This document shows, piece after piece, positions 1-10,915 of a stretch of DNA of 64,000 bases. This stretch comes from an uncultured archaeon. Lineage in GTDB: Archaea > Asgardarchaeota > Lokiarchaeia > Sigyniarchaeales > SOKP01. Below the pieces are notes generated by a model. The model was not told the origin of the DNA. It worked only from the letters and a program-made list of their open reading frames with translations, and made no database searches. Position numbers and translations under genes: made by a program. How positions within the stretch are numbered: the stretch's first letter is position 1; every line of letters begins with the position of its first letter. Where the stretch lies: contig CAYUTF010000001.1 of the NCBI GenBank assembly GCA_964447495.1, positions 116,400 to 180,399 of the forward strand, in the 5' to 3' direction.

Positions 1-2
1 TT

Positions 3-1223
3 ATTAATATTGCTGATGAAATAATTGATATTGGTCCTGGGGCGGGGGTAAATGGCGGCCAAATTGTTTTTCAAGGAAGTGTAAATGAGATTAAAAAGAT
101 TAAGGAATCACTAACTGGGCAATTTCTTGCTAAAAATATTATTTTACCTAAAAAGTCTGATGAGGATCGCAGATTTATTAATAGTAATACAAAATTCATA
201 ACAATTGAGAACGCAAACACTAATAATCTCAAAAATGTGAAAGTAGATATACCCTTAGGTATGATGGTTGGAATAGCAGGGGTCTCTGGTTCGGGGAAAA
301 GCTCTCTTGTATTAGATACTCTAGTTCCCCTGCTTAAACCACTTTTTAAGAGAGGAGGAAAAAAGGATACTAAAAAGAGGAATGATAATGCATACAATGA
401 AGAGAATGATGAGGATATTTTGGAATATTCCGGAAATGTGGAAGGCTGGGAAAATTTAGATGGAACTGTAGTGGTTAATCAAAAACCAATATCTAGGGTA
501 AAAACATCAACACCATGTTCTTATATCGGTATTTGGGATAAAGTACGTGATTTATTTGCTAAAACGGCGGAAGCAAAAAAAAGAAACTATAAGGCTGGAC
601 ATTTCTCCTATAATTCCGAAAATGGAAGATGTCCAGTATGTAAAGGAAGTGGGGAACAAGATTTACAGATATCATTCCTCAGCAGTTTTTCCATTCCCTG
701 CAAAGAATGTAAAGGTTTAAGATATAAACCAGAAATATTGGAAGTAGTGTATAAAGGAAAATCAATAGCAGAAGTTCTTGATATGACTGTAAGTGAAGCA
801 CTAGAATTATTTAAAACCCAATCCAATATCTCTAATGTTCTCGAAGTATTGAATGATATAGGTATGGGATATATTACGCTTGGACAACCCGCTCCAACTT
901 TAAGTGGTGGGGAAGCACAACGTATTAAGTTAGCAAAAGAATTAGGAAAAATACGTAAAGGAAATTCACTATACATATTAGATGAACCGACTGTTGGTTT
1001 ATCATTTTATGATGTAGTTAAATTAATAGAACTTTTAGAAAAATTAGTCCAAGATGGAAATAGTGTTGTCATTATTGAACATGATCTTAAAATTCTCTCA
1101 TATTGTGATTATATTATTGAATTAGGTCCCGAAGGAGGTCCTAAAGGAGGAAAAGTAATTGCTGAAGGTACTCCTGATGAAATTAAACAAAATTTGAAAT
1201 CAAAATCGGGTCCATATTTATAA
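3..1223 (+). CDS. uvrA: UvrA-family (excinuclease ABC subunit A-like) ATPase, 5'-truncated by the window edge
   Basis: Frame is open from base 3 (INIADEIIDIGPGAGVNGGQIVFQG). Has GVSGSGKSS Walker A, CPVC..CKEC zinc finger, LSGGEAQR signature and ILDEPT Walker B. Confidence 0.9.
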   Translation: MNIADEIIDIGPGAGVNGGQIVFQGSVNEIKKIKESLTGQFLAKNIILPKKSDEDRRFINSNTKFITIENANTNNLKNVKVDIPLGMMVGIAGVSGSGKSSLVLDTLVPLLKPLFKRGGKKDTKKRNDNAYNEENDEDILEYSGNVEGWENLDGTVVVNQKPISRVKTSTPCSYIGIWDKVRDLFAKTAEAKKRNYKAGHFSYNSENGRCPVCKGSGEQDLQISFLSSFSIPCKECKGLRYKPEILEVVYKGKSIAEVLDMTVSEALELFKTQSNISNVLEVLNDIGMGYITLGQPAPTLSGGEAQRIKLAKELGKIRKGNSLYILDEPTVGLSFYDVVKLIELLEKLVQDGNSVVIIEHDLKILSYCDYIIELGPEGGPKGGKVIAEGTPDEIKQNLKSKSGPYL

Positions 1224-1306
1224 TAATTTTAATAAATAATGCTAACATTTTTGATGAATTAGTTATAGTTTGATTAAAAATTATTAAAAAATATCGCGAA
1301 AACATC

Positions 1307-1921
1307 ATGGAAGATATAAATAAGAAAGAGTTTTTACCTCAGAGTCTTGTTGCTGAATCAATAAACAATCCGAAGATTCTTAAAGAATTAGTTAATAACC
1401 TACTCGTAAAAGAGGATACAATCAGATACAATAGTCATAAAGTCCTACTTCTAGTTAGTGAAAGTAATCCTGAACTTCTCTATTCTGATTGGGATTTTTT
1501 TGTAGATCTTTTAAAAAGTAAAAATAATTTTCAAAAAGTAATTGGAATTCAAATTCTTGCCAATTTAACTAAATCAGATACCAAGAACAAATTTAATGAT
1601 ATCTTCGAGCTATATTGTGAATTGATTGATTCTAAAAGTGTAATGACAGCAGCGCATATAGCTTTGAATTTAGGAAAGATTGCTAAATTTAAACCAAAAT
1701 TTAGAGAGAAGCTAGTAGAGGTATTATTGAATATTGATAAAACACATCACGAGTCAGGTCGAAAAGATTTAATAAAAGCATCGGTAATCGAAGCATTCAT
1801 GGAATTCTATACTGAAATTAAACAAAAGGAAAAAATTTTAAATTTTGTGAAGGATCAATTAAATAGCTCAAGCCCCAAAACGAGAAAATTAGCAGAGACG
1901 TTTGTGAAAAGATTTGCCTGA
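1307..1921 (+). CDS. Hypothetical alpha-helical (HEAT/ARM-like) protein
   Basis: 204-aa ORF with an amphipathic helical repeat pattern, downstream of uvrA. Confidence 0.65.
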   Translation: MEDINKKEFLPQSLVAESINNPKILKELVNNLLVKEDTIRYNSHKVLLLVSESNPELLYSDWDFFVDLLKSKNNFQKVIGIQILANLTKSDTKNKFNDIFELYCELIDSKSVMTAAHIALNLGKIAKFKPKFREKLVEVLLNIDKTHHESGRKDLIKASVIEAFMEFYTEIKQKEKILNFVKDQLNSSSPKTRKLAETFVKRFA

Positions 1922-1953
1922 TTTTATTGAGTGCAATTTTAAAAATAAAATAA

Positions 1954-2418
1954 TTAGTAAAGAGGAATTTCAGGATGCTTTTTTGCTTCCTCATAAATTG
2001 GCCCTTTAGCAATAAATCCAAGAGCTATCCCACTACCCCTTCCAACTAACAATTTAGTATTAATCTTAAAATTGAAAACTTTTAATAAAGACTCTGATAA
2101 TTTAATTGATCTATTTTGGTTTATTCCTACCCAAGAAAATATTCTTTTATTTATTTGTTTTATCTCACCCTCAGTGAGCTGATAATTTAATACATCTGGG
2201 TAATTAATTAGCATTTTTTCTATAGGGGTATTTTTTAAAAGACGTTCAGAACTTAACCCAAATCCACCTGAACGCTTACTACCTGACATTAATATGCCCT
2301 TATCATCATAATTGAAAGCATATTCTAAAAATGCTTCATCGGGAATGTTTATCACTCCCTTATTACTAACCGCTGACCATCCAAATATATATTTTCCACC
2401 TTTAACAAGTTGAGGCAT
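1954..2418 (-). CDS. Hypothetical protein, possibly with AbrB/SpoVT-like swapped-hairpin domains
   Basis: IFGWSAVSNKGVINIPDEA resembles an AbrB N-terminus. Last gene of a three-gene minus-strand run. Confidence 0.55.
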   Translation of the reverse strand: MPQLVKGGKYIFGWSAVSNKGVINIPDEAFLEYAFNYDDKGILMSGSKRSGGFGLSSERLLKNTPIEKMLINYPDVLNYQLTEGEIKQINKRIFSWVGINQNRSIKLSESLLKVFNFKINTKLLVGRGSGIALGFIAKGPIYEEAKKHPEIPLY

Positions 2419-2434
2419 TCAATCACATTTTTTA

Positions 2435-3127
2435 TTACTTATTATGAATCGTAATATCAAATAAATCAGCATTGATTACGTAATTACCTTTTAAATCAGT
2501 TTGATCAACTATATGCTTAACTTCATTAGGAGTATAACTTGCCATAATTGAACTTTTCCAGTAATAGCTCATAATATTGGATATGAACGGTTTGGCTAGG
2601 TTAAAAATAATTTTAGCTCCTAAACCTATATCTCGTCTTCCATCACCTATACAAAAGACTCCCTTTTCTTTCAAAACTCTGGCAATTTCATTTAAAATTT
2701 GAATGGGCTCTTCCCAGTGATGGAGACTATCATGAGAAATAACGGCATCAAACGAATTATCTTCAAACATATGCATATTATTAGCATTACCATTAACAAA
2801 AGTAATATTATTTTGCACTTTTTCATTATTTATATTCTGTTTTGCCACTCTTATCATATCATTAGATATCTCTAAACCAGTTAAATGAATAGTTGGATTT
2901 TCTTTAACTAATATGATGCTAATCCAAGCTGGACCTGGCCCGATTTCTAATACTTTTGCTCTATCTTTAAGATCTAAATCATTTAGAATATATTTCGCAA
3001 AATGTTTATATTCTCTCATTCGCTTTTTAAATTGTCGGTTAAGCTCTTCCATTGACATTTCTTCATGATCGTCAATAGATTCTCCCTCTGGGATTCTAGG
3101 TGGTATTTTCTTCATAGTTATTTTCAT
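2435..3127 (-). CDS. Class I SAM-dependent methyltransferase
   Basis: VLEIGPGP motif I, FDAVIS, LHHW..EIARVLK motifs. Confidence 0.9.
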   Translation of the reverse strand: MKITMKKIPPRIPEGESIDDHEEMSMEELNRQFKKRMREYKHFAKYILNDLDLKDRAKVLEIGPGPAWISIILVKENPTIHLTGLEISNDMIRVAKQNINNEKVQNNITFVNGNANNMHMFEDNSFDAVISHDSLHHWEEPIQILNEIARVLKEKGVFCIGDGRRDIGLGAKIIFNLAKPFISNIMSYYWKSSIMASYTPNEVKHIVDQTDLKGNYVINADLFDITIHNK

Positions 3128-3927
3128 TTTAACTTTACCTCCGTGACGTAAAATCGCATATAATGGGATGTAAACTTAGCAATTAGACCCTTCATCAACA
3201 TTATAGGAATCATCTTCCATAATTGTTGAATCATTGGTTGCATAACAAGTCCTGAAGGTAAAACGACCATAGATTCTCTCAAACCGGGTAATACTTTATA
3301 TGGCGCTTCCAGTAATTTGGCTCCTCCTTCTAAAAGGTGATTTGTAGCCACTTCGACATCAATACATGCTAGACTAATTCGATGCCAACCTGCAACGTTA
3401 TGAGCTGTGTCTCGGAGACTTTTCACAATTTGATTTTCTAAGAGCCTATGCTGTGTATTTTTCAAAACAAATCGGATACCGGAGAATTCTAATATATCTT
3501 CATGGTTATTTGAGTTGAAACCACATTGATTTATTAAAAAATCTCTATCTATTTCGATATTAATAGACTTTAGTTTGAGTTCTATAATTTTTGGTTTTTT
3601 AATTTCCGAATTTTTACGTATTTCTATTTTAAGATTTGTTGAAAGCTCAAAGGACCCAAAATCATCATAAGGACTCTCAAATATCACTTTATCTATGCAA
3701 CTTATTCCACTTGGAATTTCTATATCTGAAAATTCCAATAATTCAATGGTGTATTTTCCACAGTTAATTAATACTACAGGGATAACAATTGATTTGGATA
3801 CTAAAAGCTCAAACCTAACGAAGGGTTTTAATTTTAAAAGTTCATATATTCTTTTCAAGGCAACTTCTAAGTTATTTACATTACCCACAATGCTATCCAA
3901 CCTAAATGGAACTATATTATTATTCAT
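3124..3927 (-). CDS. VOC/glyoxalase-like fold protein (divergent)
   Basis: IVGNVNNLE..IELLE and HRISLACIDVE..GAKLL resemble VOC repeats. Overlaps the methyltransferase start by 4 nt. Confidence 0.5.
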   Translation of the reverse strand: MNNNIVPFRLDSIVGNVNNLEVALKRIYELLKLKPFVRFELLVSKSIVIPVVLINCGKYTIELLEFSDIEIPSGISCIDKVIFESPYDDFGSFELSTNLKIEIRKNSEIKKPKIIELKLKSINIEIDRDFLINQCGFNSNNHEDILEFSGIRFVLKNTQHRLLENQIVKSLRDTAHNVAGWHRISLACIDVEVATNHLLEGGAKLLEAPYKVLPGLRESMVVLPSGLVMQPMIQQLWKMIPIMLMKGLIAKFTSHYMRFYVTEVKLK

Positions 3928-4006
3928 AACATCACATATCTTTATAATTTTAAATCATCTTAATATCTAAACTAAGAAAGATAAGATTCATATTTAAGGA
4001 TATGGA

Positions 4007-4030
4007 AGTTGTCAAGAAGATATGACAACT
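4007..4030. promoter_or_regulatory. Putative operator: perfect 8-bp inverted repeat AGTTGTCA-N8-TGACAACT
   Basis: Seen directly in the divergent intergenic region, just upstream of the TrmB-family regulator start (4045). Confidence 0.6.
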
Positions 4031-4044
4031 GAGATTGTATATTA

Positions 4045-4959
4045 ATGAAGAATGAATTATATAAATTAATGGAAAATGATTTTAACGATACTGAAGAAGA
4101 CAGATCCGAAGAATTTATCCGAAATTTACTGAACTTTGGACTATCTGAAGAAGAAGCTAAGGTTTACTTCTCTCTATTAAAGCGAGGCAAGAGAGGTGAA
4201 ATTGTAGGACGAATTAAAGATGAATTAGAAATCGGGCGAACTACTATATATGCAGTTATGGAACGATTAAATCAGAAAAAGTGGGTATATTCCGAAGAGA
4301 TTTCAGATTCCCCGAAAAGAATAAAATATATCGCTAACCCTCCAATGGAAATGCTAGGAAACATAATAAAAGAAAGAGAAGACAATTTAAGGAATTCAAA
4401 GGATATTAGTTTAAAAATTAGAGACAAATTGGACCTAAAATATCAAGGGGCTAAAAAACTTACAATTAATACCATTCATGTTGGAGGCTATAAATACTTA
4501 AAACCGCTTGTGGAAAAAGGATGGAAAATCAAATCAGAAGTAGTTGAGCATATAGAATCACTTGAATATTTGGTTCTTGATTATGAACTTAAAGGGAGCA
4601 AAGGTATACCAAAAGATAGTGGGCTAATTATCTTTTTTTATAATAAGAATATTGAAGATGACACTAAAATCGTACAAGAGGCCGTAGAAATGTTTAAAAC
4701 AAAAACCGAATATGAAATTCGAAGGGATAAAATACCTGGTTTTCAAGATGTCAAGTTAGATGATACTAAATTCGGAGAGTATCCAGGAGCAGAAGTATAT
4801 ATTAAATTGAAATTTAAAAAAAGTTGGTGGAATGTTGGACATCAAGCAGTAATTCCACTTAAGAATAAAATATTTTTAATTTTTGGTGCCCATGAAAATT
4901 TCCAAATACTAATGGATACGATTCTTAATGCTGAGAAATTCCATCATTTGATGGAATAA
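4045..4959 (+). CDS. TrmB-family transcriptional regulator (N-terminal wHTH)
   Basis: FGLSEEEAKVYFSLL..RTTIYAVMERL..PKRIKY.A.PP matches the TrmB HTH. Confidence 0.8.
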   Translation: MKNELYKLMENDFNDTEEDRSEEFIRNLLNFGLSEEEAKVYFSLLKRGKRGEIVGRIKDELEIGRTTIYAVMERLNQKKWVYSEEISDSPKRIKYIANPPMEMLGNIIKEREDNLRNSKDISLKIRDKLDLKYQGAKKLTINTIHVGGYKYLKPLVEKGWKIKSEVVEHIESLEYLVLDYELKGSKGIPKDSGLIIFFYNKNIEDDTKIVQEAVEMFKTKTEYEIRRDKIPGFQDVKLDDTKFGEYPGAEVYIKLKFKKSWWNVGHQAVIPLKNKIFLIFGAHENFQILMDTILNAEKFHHLME

Positions 4960-4981
4960 TTAAATAATCAATTTGAGCGTC

Positions 4982-7900
4982 TTAATATTTTAATTCTACC
5001 CAATTTTCTAGTTCAAGATAGAGTTTTTTCAAATTGTTAATTTGATTATCATCTGCATCCCAGTAGCCTCTATTATTCGCTTGAAGCATATTTTTAATTA
5101 TATCCATCATTGCAAAACGGTTATTCTCTTCTAACTTTTCTCTCAATTCTTCATTATGAATATATTGATCATAAGCTTTGTCCCAAATCCAGTTATCTAC
5201 TTTATGTGTTGTAGCAGATAAGCCAAGAAGATTCTCTACGCGTTCAGCTATTTTTTGACCACCATGATATTTATGTTCGAGTAGACTCTTGATCCATTTA
5301 GGATTTAAAGAACGTGTAATTGCCCCTTCTCTGATACTTTCTTGTAGTGTGTTTACTTTTATCTCTTTACTAGAAGAATCTGCAATATATATATTTGCCT
5401 CCTTTCCACTTATTTCTTTATAGGTACGCGCTAGTCCACCAGTAAATTCATAATAGTGGTCTAAATCTGTTATTGAATATTCACTAGAATCCCGAATTTG
5501 GCTCATAATTTCAATTTCATTTATATTTTGGGAAAAATTCTCTACTAATTGCTTTACTTTTTGGTTTTTCATATAAGCAAAACTCATATTTCTAAGATAA
5601 TCCTTTGCTAATTCATTCTCCTCATCCCACTTTCCAGCAGATATAATCTCTGTTAAATTTGTATTATATTTCCCGGGAGGTGGTCCAAATACACGTGCAT
5701 CAGCATTCTCTAATCCTTTATTTTTCAATGTTAAAATTGATTTTTTCACATAGTTATGTTCAAGACTTTCATCTAAATCTGCTACTAATTCAATTGCTTT
5801 ATTAATTAATTCTAAATGATAAGGAAATGTATCCCGAAAGATTCCACATATAGTAATTATAACATTGATTCTAGGATGGGTCATTTCTTCTAATGGTATA
5901 ACCTCTAACTCAGTAGTCCAAATAGATTTATTTTTAACAGGTTTAACTCCTAAATAATTAAAAATTTGACCAATAGTTTCTCCTCCAGTTTTCATAGTTT
6001 CAAACGCCCATAGAACTACGCTTACTGTCTCGGGCCAGCTATTGTGACTATTCTTATATTCTTGGATTAACTTTTCTGCGATTAGATCTCCACGTTTTAG
6101 TGCGGTAGAATTAGGGATAAGTCGGGGATCAAACCCATAGGAATTTTTCCCTGTTGGATAAATATGTGGAGAACGGATAGGATCTCCTCCTAATCCGGGT
6201 TCAATATAACCCCCTTCTAATGCATGGATAAGATTGTCTAATTCTAAAGTTTCATCGATTTTATTTGTTAAATCTTGTATCCAGAAAGTAACAAGTTCAA
6301 TTAAACCATCGGCAATATCATAAAGGGTTATTAAATTTTGATTAATATCTCCTAATGGAGTTTTCAAGGAATATAGTTCATAGTAATCTTTCAAAAAGCT
6401 TTCTAGTTTTTCCATATTTATAGATCCATTATCTATCCTAAAATAGAATAAAAAATCCTCTATATATGAAGGTTTTTCTGAAGAGTGAATTATGATATTT
6501 TTTATAAGATTCAGTTTTTGTTGAAGTGTGTATTGAATTCCTAAAGTATGTAAGCCCATAGGTATTATGCTTTCTTTGTATCGATAGAGTTTATCTTCTA
6601 ATTCTGAAATAGTATTATAATCAAGATTCATGGAATTAGCTAATTCTCTAACTTCTTGGGTCAAATCATTGATTCTTGTATCTTTTTGATCGGGTAATAA
6701 ATAAGAGTCTGAAGAAGGAACAATCTTCTGAAATTCCGATATTAATTCTTCTAATTTATCGAATTCATCGTATAATCCTGACTCTTGGAAGGTAGGTCCT
6801 GCATGGTTTATAATCAATGCGTTACCTCTTCTCTTTGCTATAGCAGACTCACTTGTGTTTGTTATATGGTAATAATATATATTTGGGAGTGACCCCAGTA
6901 ACTTTAAATTATAATCATCAATCCAACCAGCACATTCTTTCCCAGGGAGAAATTCCTCAGTTCCATGTGTACCCACATGGACTAATGCATCTATTTTTAA
7001 AATCTTTTCAAGATAATAATAGAAAGCCAAATATTGATGATGAGGTGGTAAATTCTTATTATGATATTCATTACTATCACCTGCCACTTTACTTCTTGAT
7101 GGCTGAACGCAGAGATATACATTGCCAAATTGAATTATAGGTAATTTAATATGCGAGTTAATCGTCATTATATCTCCCGGTGGTTTACCCCAATATTGAA
7201 TAATCTCGCTTTGTTTTTCTAAAGAAAAAGTTTTAAAGAATTGATTATAGAGTTGAAGATCTAATTTTATCCCTTTATAATCCTTAATATCAGTATATTT
7301 TGGTAGATTTACTATACCAAAATTTATAAATAAATCCATTAAGTTGCTATCATTCGAAAAATCTTCTATATGATATCCTTCGTCAATCATTTTTGTTATG
7401 AGTTTCTTTATGGATTCTGAAACATCCAAATATGCTGCATTTCCGATTTTATCTTCCCCTGGAGGGTAATTATACACAATTATCGCTATTTTTTTATCCC
7501 CATTTTTTTTTAGTCTTAGTGCCAACCACTTTTTAATTCTTAGGCAATAGGCTGCTAAATTTTCTTTTAATGGCTTTACTTCTAAAATATTAGAGTTAAC
7601 TTGATCTGAAAATCCTAAATCTTCAAGCAATCCTACAGTTGTCATCTCCAATCTGCCGTCTAATTCAGGCATAACAATTGCTATTAACTGATTAATTGGT
7701 ATAATTCCTTCCTTTGATTTGGAGTATTCTTCAAAAGACATATCATACTGAATAATTGGATTAAATTGAGGTACGTCCATTTTTTTAAATAAATTTAAAG
7801 TTTTCGAACTATCTCCGCCAAAAGGTCCACCATTTAATTGAAAATACTGAAGGTTAATGATAGCACTAACTAAATTTTTTCCGTCTTGGAAGAATAAAGT

Positions 7901-8791
7901 TTCATAAGCTTCCACGTTGGTTAATACATCAGAAAAAACGGGAAGAATATTAAATTCTGAAAGATTATCGATAAATTGCTCAACAATGGGGAGAGATTGT
8001 TCAAAATATAAACCACCGTAGTAAAAAATTCCTATGGTTTGTTTGGTAGGGTTAAATTTTTTCTTTTGAAAATACTCTTCAGAAGATTGAAAGTATTCAT
8101 TTAATAATGGATCAAAGATCCCATATGGAGGAATTTTTTTTGGTTTCTCAACTTGAATACTTTTATGCCCAAGATAGTTTTTTAAAAGGAAAAGAAGCAT
8201 ATTTTTATGATTAGCGGCAATACCACCTAATCCATGTACCCAATAATCCATCATCATAACCCAGGATCGGGCATGTTTAAGTGTTTTTACCGGAAATACT
8301 TTACCTAAGAATTTCAAGAAATTGGTCATTCTCTGACCAAATCTTACAGCATTAGTTAAATCAGGGACTTCATCAATGGAATATCCTTTAGTGCTTGGAG
8401 ATGGAATTTTGCGTGCTTGAAATGACCCCATTTTAGTTAGTCCTCTTATCTCACTATTTCCACCTACAAGAGCGATGATTTGGATTCTTTCAAATAAATC
8501 AGGAGTTTCTTCTTCAATTGTTTTGTATGTGTTTACCAAAACTTCGACTGTGGGGGTATTTCCACGAATATCAAGGAGCATAATATTCGATTTATAGATG
8601 ATATTAATTAATTCCTTCTCTGATATCCTTCCTGAGTCTAGATCTTTAAGAAAATAGATTTTAAACTCAAAAATCTTGCCTAATTGTCTATAAATATCAT
8701 CAATTGCCTCGGTTAGCCATTTTAAAAAAACAGAAGCTGTAATTAAGGTTATTTGGGGCAACGTTTTTGATTTAATATCACTAGCACTCAT
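4982..8791 (-). CDS. Class I chelatase large subunit (CobN / magnesium chelatase H family)
   Basis: 1269 aa with PELDG, NYPPG, HVGTHGTEEFLPGK, SE.AIAKRR, GGDPIRSP..PTG.N, DHYYEF and LNPKW motifs. Confidence 0.92.
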   Translation of the reverse strand: MSASDIKSKTLPQITLITASVFLKWLTEAIDDIYRQLGKIFEFKIYFLKDLDSGRISEKELINIIYKSNIMLLDIRGNTPTVEVLVNTYKTIEEETPDLFERIQIIALVGGNSEIRGLTKMGSFQARKIPSPSTKGYSIDEVPDLTNAVRFGQRMTNFLKFLGKVFPVKTLKHARSWVMMMDYWVHGLGGIAANHKNMLLFLLKNYLGHKSIQVEKPKKIPPYGIFDPLLNEYFQSSEEYFQKKKFNPTKQTIGIFYYGGLYFEQSLPIVEQFIDNLSEFNILPVFSDVLTNVEAYETLFFQDGKNLVSAIINLQYFQLNGGPFGGDSSKTLNLFKKMDVPQFNPIIQYDMSFEEYSKSKEGIIPINQLIAIVMPELDGRLEMTTVGLLEDLGFSDQVNSNILEVKPLKENLAAYCLRIKKWLALRLKKNGDKKIAIIVYNYPPGEDKIGNAAYLDVSESIKKLITKMIDEGYHIEDFSNDSNLMDLFINFGIVNLPKYTDIKDYKGIKLDLQLYNQFFKTFSLEKQSEIIQYWGKPPGDIMTINSHIKLPIIQFGNVYLCVQPSRSKVAGDSNEYHNKNLPPHHQYLAFYYYLEKILKIDALVHVGTHGTEEFLPGKECAGWIDDYNLKLLGSLPNIYYYHITNTSESAIAKRRGNALIINHAGPTFQESGLYDEFDKLEELISEFQKIVPSSDSYLLPDQKDTRINDLTQEVRELANSMNLDYNTISELEDKLYRYKESIIPMGLHTLGIQYTLQQKLNLIKNIIIHSSEKPSYIEDFLFYFRIDNGSINMEKLESFLKDYYELYSLKTPLGDINQNLITLYDIADGLIELVTFWIQDLTNKIDETLELDNLIHALEGGYIEPGLGGDPIRSPHIYPTGKNSYGFDPRLIPNSTALKRGDLIAEKLIQEYKNSHNSWPETVSVVLWAFETMKTGGETIGQIFNYLGVKPVKNKSIWTTELEVIPLEEMTHPRINVIITICGIFRDTFPYHLELINKAIELVADLDESLEHNYVKKSILTLKNKGLENADARVFGPPPGKYNTNLTEIISAGKWDEENELAKDYLRNMSFAYMKNQKVKQLVENFSQNINEIEIMSQIRDSSEYSITDLDHYYEFTGGLARTYKEISGKEANIYIADSSSKEIKVNTLQESIREGAITRSLNPKWIKSLLEHKYHGGQKIAERVENLLGLSATTHKVDNWIWDKAYDQYIHNEELREKLEENNRFAMMDIIKNMLQANNRGYWDADDNQINNLKKLYLELENWVELKY

Positions 8792-8800
8792 AATTATTAT

Positions 8801-10777
8801 TCATGTTTTTGTATTCATAATTCCTTCATTTGCTAATATTCTGCTCACACTTTCTTTATTCATGCTATCGATATGATAATATAATGCATTTGATGACTCT
8901 GCAAGCTTTTTATTCATTTCTAGTTTTATATCCGTAGTTTCAGTATCAATAATTATCATATCTATCTTATTTTTTTTAATTTCTTTTCCAATATTTAGTA
9001 TATCATCGATTGGATCCTTAAAAAAGACATTTCCCCGCGCATCAGTTATAAGTGTAATCATTGGGATATATCCAGTATTCTTTCGTTTCTCTTCGAGAGC
9101 AATATTTAAAGCTTTACTCAAACCTGTTACTAAAGGCGTTGTACCACCTGTTGGGATTTCCTTTAATAATTTATAAGCTAAATCAGTACTTTTAGTGGGA
9201 GGCAAGATAATTTCGGCAGTTTCTCCTCGAAAAACTACTAATGAGACCTTATCTCTATAGACATAATTAGATTGAAGGAGTGAAAAAATTACGCCTTTAA
9301 CTGTTTCCATCCTTTCATTTGCACCCATTGAACCTGAAGCATCTACACAAAAGATAATCAAATAACTTGATTTTCCGCTTCTATTTTTAATATGGATATG
9401 GTCATCTTTTACCTTTATTTTTCCACCATTTTTAATAATTTCTTTATTTTCAGATTCTAATGCCGCAGCATTAATGGTCTGAAGAACGGCAATATCTGTT
9501 GATGTTTTAAAATTGAAATTTTTTGGCTTCTGTCCACTAATATATTTACCCTTTTTATCTTGAGTGGGATGTAATAATCGTTGACCAGAAGTGTTCATAT
9601 TCTTTTTAATTCTTTTTTTTTCCAATACATCATCTGTTCTTATGCTTCGATTAATTCCAAATACTCTTTCTTTAATATTTATGATTTCCTTTTCATCTCC
9701 TTCATCAGAATCATACTGTATATTAGTTTCTTCCTCGATTTTTAGTTGTTCATCAAAAAATTTATCAATCTCATCTTCATTTATTGTATTTTCCTCAAAG
9801 GGAAGTTTTCTTAAGCGGTGAGCTAAAGCCAATTTAGTAGCAATTTTAATATCTTCATCCCATACTGTAATCCTCCCATTAAAAGCGGCAATAGTTTTTG
9901 CTGTTAAATTAATTGTAATATCTGCTCTATGACTGTCAATATCTAATTGAACTGATAGTTGAGCAATCCTTTTTAATTGTTCTTCAGTAATTTGAACCTT
10001 ATCCAAGATTTTACGAGCATTTATAATTCTAGAGCTCAATTCTTTTTGGCTATTCTCAAACTTATCATAAAATTCATGAGGATCGTTATGATACTGCTCT
10101 GCATATTTAATAATCTGGACTCGTTTATCTATATTTAAAATAGGTTTTGCTTCCATGCTTAATCCAAACCTGTCTAAAAGTTGAGGCCGTAAATTTCCCT
10201 CTTCTGGATTCATTGTTCCTACTAAGATAAAATTAGATGGGTGATGGACACTAATTCCCTCCCGTTCAATAATATTTATCCCCATCGCAGCACTATCTAG
10301 TAAAACATCTGCTACATTATCAGCTAGGAGATTTACTTCATCTATATAAAGAATATTTCTATTTGCCTCAGCTAAAATTCCTGGTTCTAATGCCTTCAAG
10401 CCTTCTTCTAAAGCTTTCTTGATATCAATTGTTCCGACGACTCTATCCTCAGTAGCATTTATGGGTAAATTAATAACACGCATTTTTCGCTTTTCTATAT
10501 CATTATCAGTTAATTTATTGTCAATTATTTTATGTTGACAAGAATGACATGACTCCTTAAGATTGTGAGGGTTGCAATTGAAAGGACAATCCTTAATTAT
10601 TTCAATTTCGGGGAGTAGATCAGCTAGTGCTCTAACAGCAGTTGATTTCGCAGTTCCTTTTGTTCCCTTAATTAGAACGCCACCAATTTTTGGATTAATT
10701 GCGTTTAAAATCAATGCAAGTTTCATAAGGTTTTGTTCTACTATAGCAGTAAAAGGGTAGGCTTTAAAATGTGTCAT
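8801..10777 (-). CDS. Chelatase AAA+/vWA subunit (ChlI-ChlD fused, ChlD-like)
   Basis: [41 protein letters not shown], an acidic linker and a C-terminal vWA MIDAS motif DASGSM. Confidence 0.92.
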   Translation of the reverse strand: MTHFKAYPFTAIVEQNLMKLALILNAINPKIGGVLIKGTKGTAKSTAVRALADLLPEIEIIKDCPFNCNPHNLKESCHSCQHKIIDNKLTDNDIEKRKMRVINLPINATEDRVVGTIDIKKALEEGLKALEPGILAEANRNILYIDEVNLLADNVADVLLDSAAMGINIIEREGISVHHPSNFILVGTMNPEEGNLRPQLLDRFGLSMEAKPILNIDKRVQIIKYAEQYHNDPHEFYDKFENSQKELSSRIINARKILDKVQITEEQLKRIAQLSVQLDIDSHRADITINLTAKTIAAFNGRITVWDEDIKIATKLALAHRLRKLPFEENTINEDEIDKFFDEQLKIEEETNIQYDSDEGDEKEIINIKERVFGINRSIRTDDVLEKKRIKKNMNTSGQRLLHPTQDKKGKYISGQKPKNFNFKTSTDIAVLQTINAAALESENKEIIKNGGKIKVKDDHIHIKNRSGKSSYLIIFCVDASGSMGANERMETVKGVIFSLLQSNYVYRDKVSLVVFRGETAEIILPPTKSTDLAYKLLKEIPTGGTTPLVTGLSKALNIALEEKRKNTGYIPMITLITDARGNVFFKDPIDDILNIGKEIKKNKIDMIIIDTETTDIKLEMNKKLAESSNALYYHIDSMNKESVSRILANEGIMNTKT

Positions 10778-10915
10778 TTTCGATCATTCTGACTCTTTAG
10801 ATTAAATTTAATATAAATTTATAAATTTTTCATACTTTATGAAAATGAACAAATCGTAGTTAAAAAAATTATTTTTTTTTAAAAATAAGTTTTAGTTATC
10901 TAATTTGAATAACTG

